In this document: one piece after another, positions 24,338-35,043 of the stretch | Layout: each line of letters starts with the position of its first letter | Numbering within the stretch: position 1 is the first letter of the stretch | Assembly (NCBI GenBank): GCA_963745025.1 | Contig: CAVUWD010000011.1 | Coordinates: 64,001-128,000 of the forward strand | DNA length: 64,000 bases | Source: an uncultured delta proteobacterium | Lineage (GTDB): Bacteria > Desulfobacterota > Binatia > JACPRU01 | Direction of reading: 5' to 3' | The notes under the pieces: generated by a model | Seen by the model: the letters and a program-made list of their open reading frames with translations, nothing else | The model's database searches: none | What the model was told of the DNA's origin: nothing | Position numbers and translations under genes: made by a program

Positions 24338-25381
24338 TCAGATCCCGCGACCTTCCTCCTGCCGTCGCAGCAGGAAAACGAAAAACGGACCGCCGCAGAG
24401 CGCCGTCAGCACCCCGACGGGAATTTCGGTCGGCGCGAACAACGTGCGCGCGGCCGCGTCGGCCCACACCAGAAAGACCGCGCCGCCGAGAAAGGCGGCG
24501 GGAATCAGTAGCCGCTGGTCCGAGCCGAAGGCCAGGCGCAGACAGTGCGGCACGATGAGGCCGACGAAGCCGATCACGCCGCTCACCGAGACCGACGCGC
24601 CGACGAGGAGAGCGGAGGAGAGAAAGCTGACCGTGCGCACGCGATGGACGTCGGCACCGAGCTGGGTCGCCGTCTCCTCGCCGAGCGCGAGCAGATTCAG
24701 GCTTTGCGCTTGCGTCCAAAGAACGATTGCGGGCGCCACGGTGAGCAGCGTGACCAGCGCGACGAGCGAATACGGGCGCTGCGCCAAGCTGCCGCTCAGC
24801 CAGACGAGCACGCCCTGCGCGCGCAACGAGTCCACCAGCGCGGTCACCAGCATGATCACCGCTGCGGCGATGGTGTTGGCGATCACGCCGACCAGCAGAA
24901 GTGAATACGGATTCAGTCGTCCGTGCACGGTCGAGAGGCGGACGATCGCCGCGAGGGTGGCGAGCGATGCCACGAATGCGGCGCCGGGCACGAGGATCCA
25001 TGCCGGGCCGCCGACGCCGAGGGCGAGCACGCCGATCGCCCCGATCGAGGCTCCCCCAGAAATGCCGATCACGTCGGGACTGGCGAGCGGATTGCGGAGC
25101 AGCGCCTGAAGGGCGGCGCCCGCGGCAGCGAGCCCTCCGCCCACGACGGCGCCGAGCAGCACACGCGGCAAGCGACTACGGAAGAAGATCACGAAGTCGG
25201 CGTTCTCGGGATGGGCGAAGTCGAACACGCGCCTGAAGTCGATCGAGACGCTACCCACCATCGCAGCACCGATCAAGCTGAGAACGAGCAGAGCGCCGAG
25301 CGCGCAGATCACCGTGCGGGCATCCTCGCGGGTCAGCCGCGCCCGCCGCGTGCCCAGTCGCAGGGCTTCAAGCCGAATCAC
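24338..25381 (-). CDS. btuC: FecCD/BtuC family ABC permease
   Basis: RLPRV, QALLRNPLASP, LGEETA..LG, GVIGFVGLIVPH, EIPVGV.TA..GGPFF. Confidence 0.9.
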   Translation of the reverse strand: MIRLEALRLGTRRARLTREDARTVICALGALLVLSLIGAAMVGSVSIDFRRVFDFAHPENADFVIFFRSRLPRVLLGAVVGGGLAAAGAALQALLRNPLASPDVIGISGGASIGAIGVLALGVGGPAWILVPGAAFVASLATLAAIVRLSTVHGRLNPYSLLLVGVIANTIAAAVIMLVTALVDSLRAQGVLVWLSGSLAQRPYSLVALVTLLTVAPAIVLWTQAQSLNLLALGEETATQLGADVHRVRTVSFLSSALLVGASVSVSGVIGFVGLIVPHCLRLAFGSDQRLLIPAAFLGGAVFLVWADAAARTLFAPTEIPVGVLTALCGGPFFVFLLRRQEEGRGI

Positions 25382-26280
25382 CGAACGCCGGCCTCCCCGG
25401 CAAAGGCCTCGGGATGGATCAGGCGCGCAAGCAGCTCCAATCCTTGCCCGACGCGCGGCCCCGGGCGAAGCACCTCGTCGATGCGAATCGTGTGCACGCG
25501 CCCCGCGCTCGCGGCCTCTAGGCCGAGATCGTCGTAGAACGAGCGCGCGCCGCTCGCCTCGTCGCCCATGCTCGAGTCGATGATCACCTCCGGCGAGATC
25601 TTGACCAAGAACTCGACCGACAGCCGCGGCCAGCGCCCGAGGGCAGCCGCAACGTTCTCGGCTCCGGCCGCGCGGAGCAGCTCGTCGAGCAGGTTCTGAT
25701 CGCCGACGGCGATCAGCGGGTTCTCGCCGACGATCATCAATACGCGGACGCGGCGCAGCGGCGCGACGCGGCGGCGAACGGCGTCGACTTGGCCGCGAAG
25801 CCGCGCGACCAGCTCGCGGCCCGCCTCGGGCCGGCCGGCTTCGCCGGCGATCTTGTCGATCGAGGCGTAGATGTCGGCGAGCGTCGGGCCCTCTTCGACG
25901 ACGACCACCTGAAGGCCGAGTTCGATCAGCGACTCGACCGCCTCGCGGTTTCCCGGGCTCGGCACGGCGATGACCACGTCGGGCCGGTGGGCGACGACCG
26001 CCTCGATGTTCGGCTTCAGATAGGAGCCCACGCGGTCCAAGCGGCGCGCCTGCGGTGGAAAATCGGAGAGATCCGAAACCCCGACGACATCCTCCCCCGC
26101 TCCCACGGCAAAGAGGGTTTCGGTGACGGAGGGCGCCAAGGAGACTATGCGCTTGGCCTGGGCCGCATGTGCGCCCTGGCTACAGGCTACAGGTTTCAGG
26201 CTACAGGAAAAGACAACGACACAAAGAAGGATCCTTGCCGGTAGCCTGTAGCCCGTAGCCGGTAGCCGCCGTGTCCTCAA
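25378..26280 (-). CDS. btuF: Cobalamin-binding periplasmic protein
   Basis: RIVSLAPSVTE.LFA.G, DFPP, PNIE, RPGPR. Start is uncertain; the N-terminus contains heptamer repeats. Confidence 0.85.
   Translation of the reverse strand: MRTRRLPATGYRLPARILLCVVVFSCSLKPVACSQGAHAAQAKRIVSLAPSVTETLFAVGAGEDVVGVSDLSDFPPQARRLDRVGSYLKPNIEAVVAHRPDVVIAVPSPGNREAVESLIELGLQVVVVEEGPTLADIYASIDKIAGEAGRPEAGRELVARLRGQVDAVRRRVAPLRRVRVLMIVGENPLIAVGDQNLLDELLRAAGAENVAAALGRWPRLSVEFLVKISPEVIIDSSMGDEASGARSFYDDLGLEAASAGRVHTIRIDEVLRPGPRVGQGLELLARLIHPEAFAGEAGVR
26178..26268. repeat. Heptamer-armed inverted repeat inside the btuF 5' end
   Basis: GGCTACA-GGCTACA-GGTTTCA-GGCTACA ... CGGTAGC-CTGTAGC-CCGTAGC-CGGTAGC. Confidence 0.75.
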
Positions 26281-28220
26281 AATTCCCCTCCGACGCCGGC
26301 GAGGAAGGCGAGCGGGCGTGCGTCGAATCCGAGCACCTCCTGATAGTGCTCGTCGAATAGGTTTTCGATCCGCGCGAAGATCTTGAACCGCTTAACGATC
26401 TGGGTCGCGAGCGGCCACGAGTACGTCGACGTCAGGTCGACGCGCTGGTAGGCGGGGTTTTCGCGGGCCGCGAAGCCTGCGGCCGGATCGAAATCGAGCC
26501 GATTCCCCACTAGGAGCAAGCGCGCGTCGGCCGACAGGCGATCGCCGCCCTGCCAGCGGTTCGTCAGCTCGGCAGACACGTGGACGGCTCCGCTCTGGCG
26601 CGGCTTGCGTACGCGACCGTCCGTGCTGGCGTCGATGTCGAGGTACGTGTACTCGCCACCGGCGCGGATGCCTTGCAGCAGCTCCACGTTGAGAATCGCC
26701 TCCACCCCATCGACCGTCGAGGCGCCGACGTTCTCCGCGAGGAAGAGACCGTCCGGCTGTGGCACGCCGACGATCAGATCGGTGACGTGGCGGTGAAAAT
26801 AGTTGGCCGACACCAGCACCCGTTCGTCGGCGAGCGGCTGGTCGAATCCGACGTTCACCTCCCAGCTGTGCTCGGCGTCGAGGTTGGGGTTGCCGAATCC
26901 GGGGAAGAAGAGCTGATTCAGCGACGGCGCCTTGAATCCCTGCGCGTAGGTGGCGCGCAGCCGCGTCTTGGTGGCAGCGACGGCGTAACTCGCTCCGCCC
27001 GACGGGCTCACCGCTTCGCCGAACCGCTGGTTGCCATCGACGCGAACGCCGCCCGTCAGCACCAGGCGGCGATCGTCGAAAAACAGTTGGTGGAGCGTGT
27101 AGCCGGCGACGTTGCCAACGCTCTTGTCGAACACGGTGCGGGAGGTGCCGAAGGTCGGGTCCTCGAAGGTCGAGTCGGCGTTTCCGGACTGATCCTCGTA
27201 CTCGATGCCGATCGTGCTCTCGAGCGTGCCCCCGAGCGAGGAGAGCGTCGCACTCGCGTCGCCGGTATACGTCTGCGAGAGAAAGTCCGAGAAGAGGCTC
27301 GTCGTCTCCGCCGCATCGGCCGGGTCGTCGAACTGCTCGTCCTCGCGCGCGTATGAGAAGCCGATCCGATAACGAAGCGCGGGGTTCAGCGCGTGGCTCC
27401 ACTCCGCGCGCGTGTAGTCGACCTGATCCTTCTGGCGCGCGTTGGGATCCGGCGCGGCGAGAAAGTTGTTGCTCGCGAAGTTACCGAACTCGGAGTTGCC
27501 GATGCGGAAGATGACCCGCGCGGTGCCATTCTCGACGAGGTTGGCGTCGAGCCGCCCCGAGGCCACGGTGTTCTCGTAGTCGTCGTTTTCGGGTTTGAAG
27601 CCGTTGGTATGAATGTGCGAGGCGCTGCCGGAATACGCGAAGATGCCGCTCTGGCCGGAGAACTCGCCGACCTCACGATCGGTGCTCGCGTTGCCGCCGG
27701 ACGCCGCAATCGAGCCGCGCGGCGGTCCGGAGCCCTGGCGAGTAAAGATCTGGATCACCCCGCCGACCGCCTCCGAGCCGTAGAGAGTCCCGCCCCAGCC
27801 GCGTAGCACCTCGATCCGTTCGATGTTCTCGGGCGTGAGACCGGCGAAGTCGAATGCGCCTGTCGTCGTGCTGTTCACGCGGATGCCGTCGATCAGCACG
27901 AGCACCTGATCGGCGTCGGCTCCGCGCATGAGGACCGAGACCACCGAGCCTCGCGACCCGCTCTCGATGACGGTGAGCCCCGGTACCTCGCGGAGCGCGT
28001 CGGCAACGGTCGGGACCTGCTTGCGCTCGAGCTCCTCACCGGTGACTACGGTGATCGCCGGCGCCGTCTCCGAGACGCGCTCCGGCGATCGCGTGGCCGT
28101 GACCACCATGGTATCCATCTCGAGTTCGGCGGGCGGCTTCGCCGCTTCGTCTGCTTCCGCCGAGGCGACCCGCCCGGCCGCCGCTAGCAGGCCCCACACG
28201 ATGATCTGCGTTCGCTTCAT
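26277..28220 (-). CDS. btuB: TonB-dependent receptor, probable cobalamin transporter
   Basis: Signal peptide, TonB box MVVTATR, plug motifs VLVLIDG and IERIEVLRG...LYGSEAVGGVI, C-terminal F; first gene after the B12 riboswitch. Confidence 0.9.
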   Translation of the reverse strand: MKRTQIIVWGLLAAAGRVASAEADEAAKPPAELEMDTMVVTATRSPERVSETAPAITVVTGEELERKQVPTVADALREVPGLTVIESGSRGSVVSVLMRGADADQVLVLIDGIRVNSTTTGAFDFAGLTPENIERIEVLRGWGGTLYGSEAVGGVIQIFTRQGSGPPRGSIAASGGNASTDREVGEFSGQSGIFAYSGSASHIHTNGFKPENDDYENTVASGRLDANLVENGTARVIFRIGNSEFGNFASNNFLAAPDPNARQKDQVDYTRAEWSHALNPALRYRIGFSYAREDEQFDDPADAAETTSLFSDFLSQTYTGDASATLSSLGGTLESTIGIEYEDQSGNADSTFEDPTFGTSRTVFDKSVGNVAGYTLHQLFFDDRRLVLTGGVRVDGNQRFGEAVSPSGGASYAVAATKTRLRATYAQGFKAPSLNQLFFPGFGNPNLDAEHSWEVNVGFDQPLADERVLVSANYFHRHVTDLIVGVPQPDGLFLAENVGASTVDGVEAILNVELLQGIRAGGEYTYLDIDASTDGRVRKPRQSGAVHVSAELTNRWQGGDRLSADARLLLVGNRLDFDPAAGFAARENPAYQRVDLTSTYSWPLATQIVKRFKIFARIENLFDEHYQEVLGFDARPLAFLAGVGGEF

Positions 28221-28438
28221 GATTCCCCCTCGGGATCGAGGAGCGCGTCGGGCGACAGGCTCCTTGCCGCAGGGCGCGGCGCGATGACCGAGACGGGAAG
28301 GTCTGCGGGAGGCGACTCCTGCCCGTGAACGAAACGGGGGCTGATTTTTCGGGAGGCTCACTCCTGCCACCTTCCCCTTTCGGAAGGCTCGCCGCCCCGG
28401 AAGCGAAGAACTTCGCCGCCGGGCACCTGGCAGTACCG

Positions 28439-28620
28439 ATCAGGCAGGTCTCCTGGCTCGGGCATCATCCGAAACGAGCGGCCTTCCCATCCTCTGCGTG
28501 AGGACAGTGGCCTTCCCTGCTCGTTTCGTCCGCCCTTACAGTTGCGGGGCAGCGCCGGACTCTCACCGGCTTCCCTCTTTTCCGCTCCGGGCCCCATTGG
28601 TCCGGCGCGGGAACCTGACG
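28439..28620 (-). promoter_or_regulatory. Cobalamin (AdoCbl) riboswitch
   Basis: Minus strand AGGTT...AAGAGGGAAGCCGGTGAGAGTCCGGCGCTGCCCCGCAACTGT...GCCACTG...GGGAAGG...GAGCCAGGAGACCTGCC (B12 box). Confidence 0.96.
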
Positions 28621-28635
28621 GCTATGTCGGCAGCC

Positions 28636-28665
28636 TGTTTAGGGTCCGCCGCAGCGCGATGTCAA
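28636..28665 (-). promoter_or_regulatory. sigma70-type promoter of the B12 operon
   Basis: TTGACA-N18-TAAACA immediately upstream of the riboswitch. Confidence 0.55.
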
Positions 28666-28710
28666 GCTCGAGGCGCGGCAGCTCGAGGTGCAGAACCGCG
28701 GCAAGAGGAG

Positions 28711-28961
28711 GTCTCCCCTCAGTCTTCGTCACGAATGCTGCGCGAAGATGGAACGCGCGGTCGGTTGTGATCGGCCCGGATTCGGGTCGATCACAACCGA
28801 CCGCAACCGCGCGGAGCGCGGGAGACAATAACCCACCGAATCGGCCTATTGCGTTCAGCGCTTCGCGCTGTTGCGCTTGGTTTTCGTCGATCCGAGTACG
28901 AATCGACGGAAACCAAGCGCGTTTTTCGTGTCCGAGCATCCTACAGAGACTGAGGCCCTAC
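28711..28961. mobile_element. MITE-like hairpin element, copy D (251 bp; opposite orientation to copy B)
   Basis: TIRs GTCTCCCCTCAGTCTT / GAGACTGAGGCCCTAC. Perfect 8-bp TSD AAGAGGAG (28703-28710, 28962-28969). Hairpins at 28757-28804 and 28873-28920. Confidence 0.9.
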
Positions 28962-29019
28962 AAGAGGAGCACGAATTCGTTCGTATCGACCGCGCCGGGG
29001 CACCGAGAGCGAAAAGCCG

Positions 29020-30525
29020 CTACCGCTTTCCGCCGAGGATCGAGCCGAGCATCCCGCGCAGGATCTGCCGGCCGAACTGGCTGCCGACCGCGCGGGCCGC
29101 GCTCTTGGCAGCCGTCTGCACCAGCCCGTCGCGATGCCCGCCACGCGGGCCCGTGGAGCCGAAGAGCACGTCCTGGAGCACGCCGGCCTCGCCGAGCGTC
29201 GGCAGGCGCGCTCCCGCTTCGGCCGGCGGAGGCGAGGGCGCGGCCTTGGCTTCCGCACGGCCGCGCAGCTTCTCATACGCCGACTCGCGATCCACCGCCT
29301 GCTCGTAGTGACCGTAGAGCACGGACTGCTTGAGGATCGTCTGGCGCTCGTCCGACGTGATCGGACCGATCTTGCTTCGCGGAGGGCAGATCTTCGCGCG
29401 CTCGACCACGCTCGGGCGCCCCTGGTCGTCGAGCAGGGAAACCAGCGCCTCACCGACGGCGAGCTCGCTGATTGCTTTCTCCACGTCGAGCTTCGGATTC
29501 TGGCGCAGCGTCTCGGCCGCGGCCTTGACCGCCTTCTGATCGCGCGGCGTGAACGCCCGAAGCGCGTGCTGGATGCGGTTGCCGAGCTGGCCGAGCACGA
29601 GATCGGGAACATCGAGAGGATTCTGAGTCACGAAGTAGACACCGACGCCCTTCGAGCGAATCAGCCGCACGACCTGCTCGATCTTCTCCTGCAGCGCCTG
29701 CGGCGTATCGCCGAAGAGCAGATGCGCCTCGTCGAAGAAGAGCACGAGCTTCGGCTTCTCCGGATCGCCGACCTCCGGCAGGCGCTCGAAGAGCTCCGCG
29801 AGCAGCCACATGAGGAACGTCGCGTACATCTTGGGGCGTTGATAGAGCGCCTCGGCAGCGAGAACGTTGACGACGCCGCGGCCCGAAGCGTCAGTCTGCA
29901 TGAGGTCCTCGACGTCGAGCGCGGGCTCGCCGAACACCTTCTCGCCGCCTTCCTGCTCGAGCGTGAGGAGCCCGCGCTGGATGGCACCGATCGACGCGGC
30001 GGAAACGTTGCCGTACTGGGCGATGAACGTCTTCGCGTTCTCACCCACGTATTGGAGCAGCGCGCGCAGGTCCTTGAGATCGAGGAGCAGCAGCCCGTTG
30101 TCGTCCGCGACCTTGAAGACCAGCGTGAGCACCGCGGCCTGCGTGTCGTTCAGGTTGAGCAGGCGGGCCAGGAACAGCGGCCCCATCTCGGAGATGGTCG
30201 TGCGCGCCGGGTGACCGGCTTCGCCGAAGACGTCCCAGAACACGACGGGAGAGCCGGCGAGCTCGAAATTCTCCAAGCCGAGCTCCGTGGCGCGCTCGGT
30301 TACCTTCGGCAGGTTGCCGCCGGGCATGGCGATTCCCGAAAGATCGCCCTTCACGTCGGCGAGAAAGACCGGCACGCCGATCCGCGACAGGCCCTCTGCC
30401 AACACCTGCAACGACACGGTCTTGCCCGTGCCCGTCGCACCGGCGATCAGGCCATGGCGGTTCGCCATCTGCGGCAGCAGCAGGAGCTCGTGCTCGCCCT
30501 TGGCGACGAGGATCGGTTCGGCCAT
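29020..30525 (-). CDS. yjgR: DUF853/YjgR family HerA-like P-loop ATPase
   Basis: [63 protein letters not shown]. Confidence 0.9.
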   Translation of the reverse strand: MAEPILVAKGEHELLLLPQMANRHGLIAGATGTGKTVSLQVLAEGLSRIGVPVFLADVKGDLSGIAMPGGNLPKVTERATELGLENFELAGSPVVFWDVFGEAGHPARTTISEMGPLFLARLLNLNDTQAAVLTLVFKVADDNGLLLLDLKDLRALLQYVGENAKTFIAQYGNVSAASIGAIQRGLLTLEQEGGEKVFGEPALDVEDLMQTDASGRGVVNVLAAEALYQRPKMYATFLMWLLAELFERLPEVGDPEKPKLVLFFDEAHLLFGDTPQALQEKIEQVVRLIRSKGVGVYFVTQNPLDVPDLVLGQLGNRIQHALRAFTPRDQKAVKAAAETLRQNPKLDVEKAISELAVGEALVSLLDDQGRPSVVERAKICPPRSKIGPITSDERQTILKQSVLYGHYEQAVDRESAYEKLRGRAEAKAAPSPPPAEAGARLPTLGEAGVLQDVLFGSTGPRGGHRDGLVQTAAKSAARAVGSQFGRQILRGMLGSILGGKR

Positions 30526-30538
30526 CGGCGATGTCTCC

Positions 30539-31948
30539 TCAGAACTCGGCGTAGCCCGGCACGCGCGGAAACGGGATCACGTCGCGGATGTTCTGCATGC
30601 CGGTGATGAACTGGACCGCGCGCTCGAAGCCGAGGCCGAAGCCCGCGTGCGGCACCGAGCCATGCTTGCGCAGATCGAGGTACCACCAGTAATCGGCCTC
30701 GGGCAGACCGCACTCGGCGATGCGGCGCTTCAGCACCTCGAGTCGATCCTCGCGCTGCGAGCCGCCGATGATCTCGCCGATGCGCGGCACGAGCACGTCC
30801 ATCGCCCGCACGGTCTTCTCGTCGTCGTTGACGTACATGTAGAACGCCTTGATCCCCCGCGGATAGTCTGTGACGATGAGCGGCTTCTTGAGATGCTCCT
30901 CGGTGAGATAGCGCTCGTGCTCGCTCTGCAGGTCCTTCCCCCACTCCACGGGGAACTCGAAGGTCCTGTCGCTCTTGGTGAGGATCTCGATCGCCTCGCT
31001 GTAGGTGAGGTGCTCGAACGGCGAGGCGATGATGTGCTCGAGCGTGGCAATCGCCGACGCATCGATGCGTTCGTTGAAGAACTTCATGTCGTCCGGACAC
31101 GCCTCCAGCACCGAGCGAAAGAGGTGCTTCAGGAAGGCCTCGGCGACTTCCATGTCTCCTTCGAGATCACAGAAGGCCATCTCGGGCTCGACCATCCAGA
31201 ATTCGGCGAGATGTCGGCTGGTGTTCGAGTTCTCGGCGCGAAAGGTCGGACCGAACGTATAGACGTTGGTGAGCGCGAGCGCGGCGGTCTCCGCCTCGAG
31301 CTGGCCGGAGACGGTGAGGTGGGCCTCGCGCCCGAAGAAGTCTTGCCGAAAATCGACGCGACCCTGCGCGTCGCGCGGCGGCGCGGCGGCGTCGAGGGTC
31401 GACACCCGGAACATCTCGCCTGCGCCCTCGCAGTCGGAGGCCGCGATGATCGGCGAATGCAGCAAGAGGAAGCCGCGACTCTGAAAGAAGTCGTGGATCG
31501 CGCGCGCGGCGGCGTTACGCACGCGGAGCACCGCCCCGAACGTGTTGGTGCGCGCGCGCAGGTGCGCGATCGTGCGCAGGAACTCAAAGGAATGCCGCTT
31601 CTTCTGCAGCGGATAGTCGTCGCCGACTTCTCCCACCACTTCCACACGCGAGGCGTGAATCTCGAACCGCTGCTCCTTGCCCGGCGAGTCGACGAGCTCG
31701 CCGTCGACGGCGACCGCGCAGCCCGCCTGCAAGTGCTTCACCTCGCTCTCGTAGTTGGCGAGCGAGGGCTCGGCGACTGCCTGGATGCCGGCGAAGCACG
31801 AACCGTCGGAGATCTCGAGGAACGAGAGGCCCTTGGCATGGCGCGCCGTCTTGAGCCACCCGCGTACCGTCACCGCCCCTCCCGCGCTCGGCCTCGCCAG
31901 AACGTGCTTCACGCGCTCCGCAGTTCGCATCGACGCCATCGCTTTCAT
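30539..31948 (-). CDS. asnS: Asparagine--tRNA ligase
   Basis: [56 protein letters not shown]. Confidence 0.97.
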   Translation of the reverse strand: MKAMASMRTAERVKHVLARPSAGGAVTVRGWLKTARHAKGLSFLEISDGSCFAGIQAVAEPSLANYESEVKHLQAGCAVAVDGELVDSPGKEQRFEIHASRVEVVGEVGDDYPLQKKRHSFEFLRTIAHLRARTNTFGAVLRVRNAAARAIHDFFQSRGFLLLHSPIIAASDCEGAGEMFRVSTLDAAAPPRDAQGRVDFRQDFFGREAHLTVSGQLEAETAALALTNVYTFGPTFRAENSNTSRHLAEFWMVEPEMAFCDLEGDMEVAEAFLKHLFRSVLEACPDDMKFFNERIDASAIATLEHIIASPFEHLTYSEAIEILTKSDRTFEFPVEWGKDLQSEHERYLTEEHLKKPLIVTDYPRGIKAFYMYVNDDEKTVRAMDVLVPRIGEIIGGSQREDRLEVLKRRIAECGLPEADYWWYLDLRKHGSVPHAGFGLGFERAVQFITGMQNIRDVIPFPRVPGYAEF

Positions 31949-32847
31949 GAATCGCCGAAGCGCTCCGGTTTTTCAACGGCGCTCGAGACGACTCCTTCGA
32001 CCTCGCCGACGCCTGCGGAATCGTTTCGGCGAGCGACCGTGAGGTACCATCCGCTGGCGCACGCGGCGGGTAGGTGATCGGCAGCCCAGGAATCGAGCCG
32101 CTCCACGAAGCTCGTCCCCGAGCGACAGTAGAAGAGGCTCAAGATCACGAAGCTATTCCGCCAGTCGGAGACTTCGAGCCCCTCGGCCTCGAGCAGGTCG
32201 ACGATTCCCCGGCGCGTGAACTTCTGAACGTGCCCCTGATCGGGATTCGAGGTGTGCATCTCGTACTTCTCTTTCACGGATGCCATCCCCAACCGCTCGA
32301 ACACGCGTCGGAGGCCATCCAATGGCCGATCCAGTCCGCAGCGCTGCCGCAGGAGCCGCTCGCTCCGCCCACCGATTTCGCGCGGGCCATAGCCGTTCGG
32401 GACCGTGATGAAGATGAGGCCGGCGGGCGCAAGCTTGGCGCGCATGGCCGCGACCAGCGGCCTCGGCTCGACCAGGTGCTCGAGCACCTCCGAGCAGACG
32501 ATCAGATCGAAGACGCCCTCCGCCGCCGACAGGGTGCCGTCGGTGCAAAGGAAACGTGCGTTTGGAAATCGATTCCGCTCCCTGCAGAGCTCGACGGAAT
32601 GGCCGTCGACGTCTACCCCGACGACCTCGCAACCGAGCGCCGCCATGGGAAACGCGAGCGCGCCGTTGCCGCAGCCGACGTCGAGCACCCTCGGAGGCTT
32701 GGCGAATTTCCCGAGTATGATCCCCGCAAGGACGGCTAGCTTCTTCTGTCCGCCTGGAAATCGCTGGTAGCTCGTCGTGCTCCAAAAATCGTGCGGTAGC
32801 GGACCGGCGCGAGCATGCGCCTCGATGGTCTTCGGCGCAGTCATCAC
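31945..32847 (-). CDS. Class I SAM-dependent methyltransferase
   Basis: [26 protein letters not shown]. Confidence 0.85.
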   Translation of the reverse strand: MMTAPKTIEAHARAGPLPHDFWSTTSYQRFPGGQKKLAVLAGIILGKFAKPPRVLDVGCGNGALAFPMAALGCEVVGVDVDGHSVELCRERNRFPNARFLCTDGTLSAAEGVFDLIVCSEVLEHLVEPRPLVAAMRAKLAPAGLIFITVPNGYGPREIGGRSERLLRQRCGLDRPLDGLRRVFERLGMASVKEKYEMHTSNPDQGHVQKFTRRGIVDLLEAEGLEVSDWRNSFVILSLFYCRSGTSFVERLDSWAADHLPAACASGWYLTVARRNDSAGVGEVEGVVSSAVEKPERFGDS

Positions 32848-32992
32848 GCTTCACCTTGGCTTCGTCCGCTCGTCGGAGACAACCTGCAACGAATCCTCTG
32901 GTTGCGCAACCGATACGATCCGATGGCCCGCTCCATTGAAAAGGCAGAGCACGACGTTGATTTCCACCGGTGGATCTGAGAGACCGCGGGGC

Positions 32993-33607
32993 ATGACGCG
33001 ACCATATCTGACCCTCGTGGCAACGCTCGCGTTCGCCATCGGGGCCGTAACGGCGGGGTGCACCATGGCTGACGACGGCAAGCCGCAGAACCCGAACGAT
33101 CCGATCGTCTCGATGTCGACCTCGGTGGGTGACTTGAAGATCGAGCTCTACAAGGACAAGGCGCCGGCGACGGTGGCGAACTTCCTCTCTTACGTGAACG
33201 ACAAGGCGTACGACGGCACGATCTTCCACCGCGTGATCCCGCATTTCATGATCCAGGGCGGCGGCTTCACGCCCGACATGAAGCAGAAGCCGACGAAGGC
33301 GGCGATCAAGAACGAAGCGGGAAACGGGCTGAAGAACGATTTCGGCACGCTCGCGATGGCGCGGACGAGCGACGTCAACAGCGCCACCGCCCAGTTCTTC
33401 ATCAACGCCAAGGACAACGACTTCCTGAATCACAAGGACAACACCATCGAGGGCTTCGGTTACTGTGTATTCGGCAAGGTGATCGAGGGCTCCAAGGTCG
33501 TGCAGAAGATCGAGGCTGTGGAGACCGAAACCAAGGGGATGTACGAAGACGTCCCCGTCGAACCGGTGATCATCAAGTCGATCAAGGTGGTGAGCGCAGG
33601 GAAGTGA
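32993..33607 (+). CDS. ppiA: Cyclophilin-type peptidyl-prolyl isomerase (probable lipoprotein)
   Basis: YDGTIFHRVIPHFMIQGGG, GTLAMART, SATAQFFIN, GYCVFGKV; lipobox-like TAGC. Confidence 0.92.
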   Translation: MTRPYLTLVATLAFAIGAVTAGCTMADDGKPQNPNDPIVSMSTSVGDLKIELYKDKAPATVANFLSYVNDKAYDGTIFHRVIPHFMIQGGGFTPDMKQKPTKAAIKNEAGNGLKNDFGTLAMARTSDVNSATAQFFINAKDNDFLNHKDNTIEGFGYCVFGKVIEGSKVVQKIEAVETETKGMYEDVPVEPVIIKSIKVVSAGK

Positions 33608-33622
33608 AGGCACCGGAGAGGT

Positions 33623-33676
33623 GCTACCGGCTTCCGGCATAGACTCCACGATGCCGTTTCGGTAGCCGGCAACCGC
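33623..33676. repeat. Heptamer-armed inverted repeat (GCTACCG family)
   Basis: GCTACCG-GCTTCCG ... CGGTAGC-CGGCAAC just after the ppiA stop. Confidence 0.6.
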
Positions 33677-33687
33677 TAGTCGTTCTC

Positions 33688-33942
33688 ATGAACTTCGCCG
33701 TGACACTTTCCCAAGCGGCGCTGCGCGAGGAGGTCCGTGCCTTCTACGACGACCTCCGGAGCGCGGCACGTCTGCCGCGACCCGAGCGCCTGAACACCCG
33801 GCCTCTTCTGAGCCGCTTCGCCGAGTCGGACGGGCACGCTCCCGAAGTTGGGCCCGGGCGAGTGGACGCACCCGAGGTCGACGAGATCATCGCCATCTCC
33901 CGGCGCGACACGCGCTCGCATCAACGGGGGAGGGATTCGTGA
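33688..33942 (+). pseudogene. Possible collapsed acyl-CoA dehydrogenase remnant
   Basis: MNFAVTLSQAALREEVRAF resembles ACAD N-termini and DAPEVDEIIAISRR weakly resembles ACAD C-termini; only 84 codons. Confidence 0.3.
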
Positions 33943-34754
33943 CGCGAGTCCTCTCGCCGCTCGTCGTCGGCGTCCGCTGAACCGCCGCGCCGGCCGAAGC
34001 AAACGCCTCGTTTCGAAGTGCGAATGAATTCCACAAGCTCGCCCACCTCCGGTGAGAGCGGCTCCCGTTCGAGCTCGGCGAGCGCGAGCGTCAGATTTCG
34101 CGGGCGCAGGAAGAGAATCTTGAACGCATCGCGGATCGCCCGGATGGCCGACGCCGAGAAGCCGGCGCGACGAAGACCGACGAGATTGACGGCGCGCACG
34201 GAGTGCGTGCCGTCCATGATGCAGAACGGGGGTACGTCGCGACTGGTGCGCGAGAGTCCTCGCAGCAGCGCGAGTCGGCCGATGCGCACGAATTGATGGA
34301 CCACGCAGTTTCCGGAGACGAAGCCGCGGTCGCCGAGCTCCACGTAGCCCGACAGCATGGCGCCTCCCGCGACGATGGCGTCGTTGCCGATCCGGCAATT
34401 GTGCGCGACGTGACTGTTCTGCATGAAGTAGTTGCGGTCGCCGATGAACGTCTCGCTCCCCGGCTTGGTGCCGCGGTGGATCGTCGAGTTCTCGCGGAAG
34501 ACGTTGCCGTTGCCGATGCGAAGGAAGGATTCTGCTCCTGCGAACGCGAGGTCTTGAGGGACATCCCCGAGCACGACGCCCGAATGAACCCGGTTGTCGG
34601 CGCCGATCTCGGCGCCGCCGGTGATCACTACGTGCGCGTGAACGCGCGTTCGCTCACCGAGGCGCACACGCCCCTCGATCACAACGTAGGGGCCGATCTC
34701 GGCGCTCGCATCGATCTCGGCGCGCGGATCCACGATCGCCGTCGGATGGATCAC
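33921..34754 (-). CDS. lpxA: Acyl-ACP--UDP-N-acetylglucosamine O-acyltransferase (LpxA family)
   Basis: [10 protein letters not shown], hexapeptide repeats, [41 protein letters not shown]. Confidence 0.9.
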   Translation of the reverse strand: MIHPTAIVDPRAEIDASAEIGPYVVIEGRVRLGERTRVHAHVVITGGAEIGADNRVHSGVVLGDVPQDLAFAGAESFLRIGNGNVFRENSTIHRGTKPGSETFIGDRNYFMQNSHVAHNCRIGNDAIVAGGAMLSGYVELGDRGFVSGNCVVHQFVRIGRLALLRGLSRTSRDVPPFCIMDGTHSVRAVNLVGLRRAGFSASAIRAIRDAFKILFLRPRNLTLALAELEREPLSPEVGELVEFIRTSKRGVCFGRRGGSADADDERREDSRHESLPR

Positions 34755-34951
34755 CCGTTACCCTCTTCGCCGTCCCGCTTCCCGTCCTCGGAGGGTGCCT
34801 TCTCACCGGCAATCCGATAGCGCTCGGCCGCCCAGTTGCCGAGATCCCGGAGCTTACAGCGCTCCGAGCAGAACGGGCGGCAGGGATTCCCCGTCCAACG
34901 CGCCGTCTGGTGGCACGTCGGACACCGCACGGACTCCGGGACGGGAGACAC
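34751..34951 (-). CDS. yacG: DNA gyrase inhibitor YacG
   Basis: CPTC...[21 protein letters not shown]. Confidence 0.9.
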   Translation of the reverse strand: MSPVPESVRCPTCHQTARWTGNPCRPFCSERCKLRDLGNWAAERYRIAGEKAPSEDGKRDGEEGNG

Positions 34952-35043
34952 TCGCCCTAGGTTACACTACGGAAAGCTCTTCGCCACCTCGGCGAGCTCT
35001 TTTTTCGCTTCGTCCGGCAGGCCCGCCTCCTCGGCAACACCCG

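Noticed and set aside
29020-30525. HerA-like ATPase as an anti-phage system
   Set aside because: It is the widespread DUF853/YjgR type, lies downstream of asnS, and has no NurA/SIR2/DUF4297 partner.
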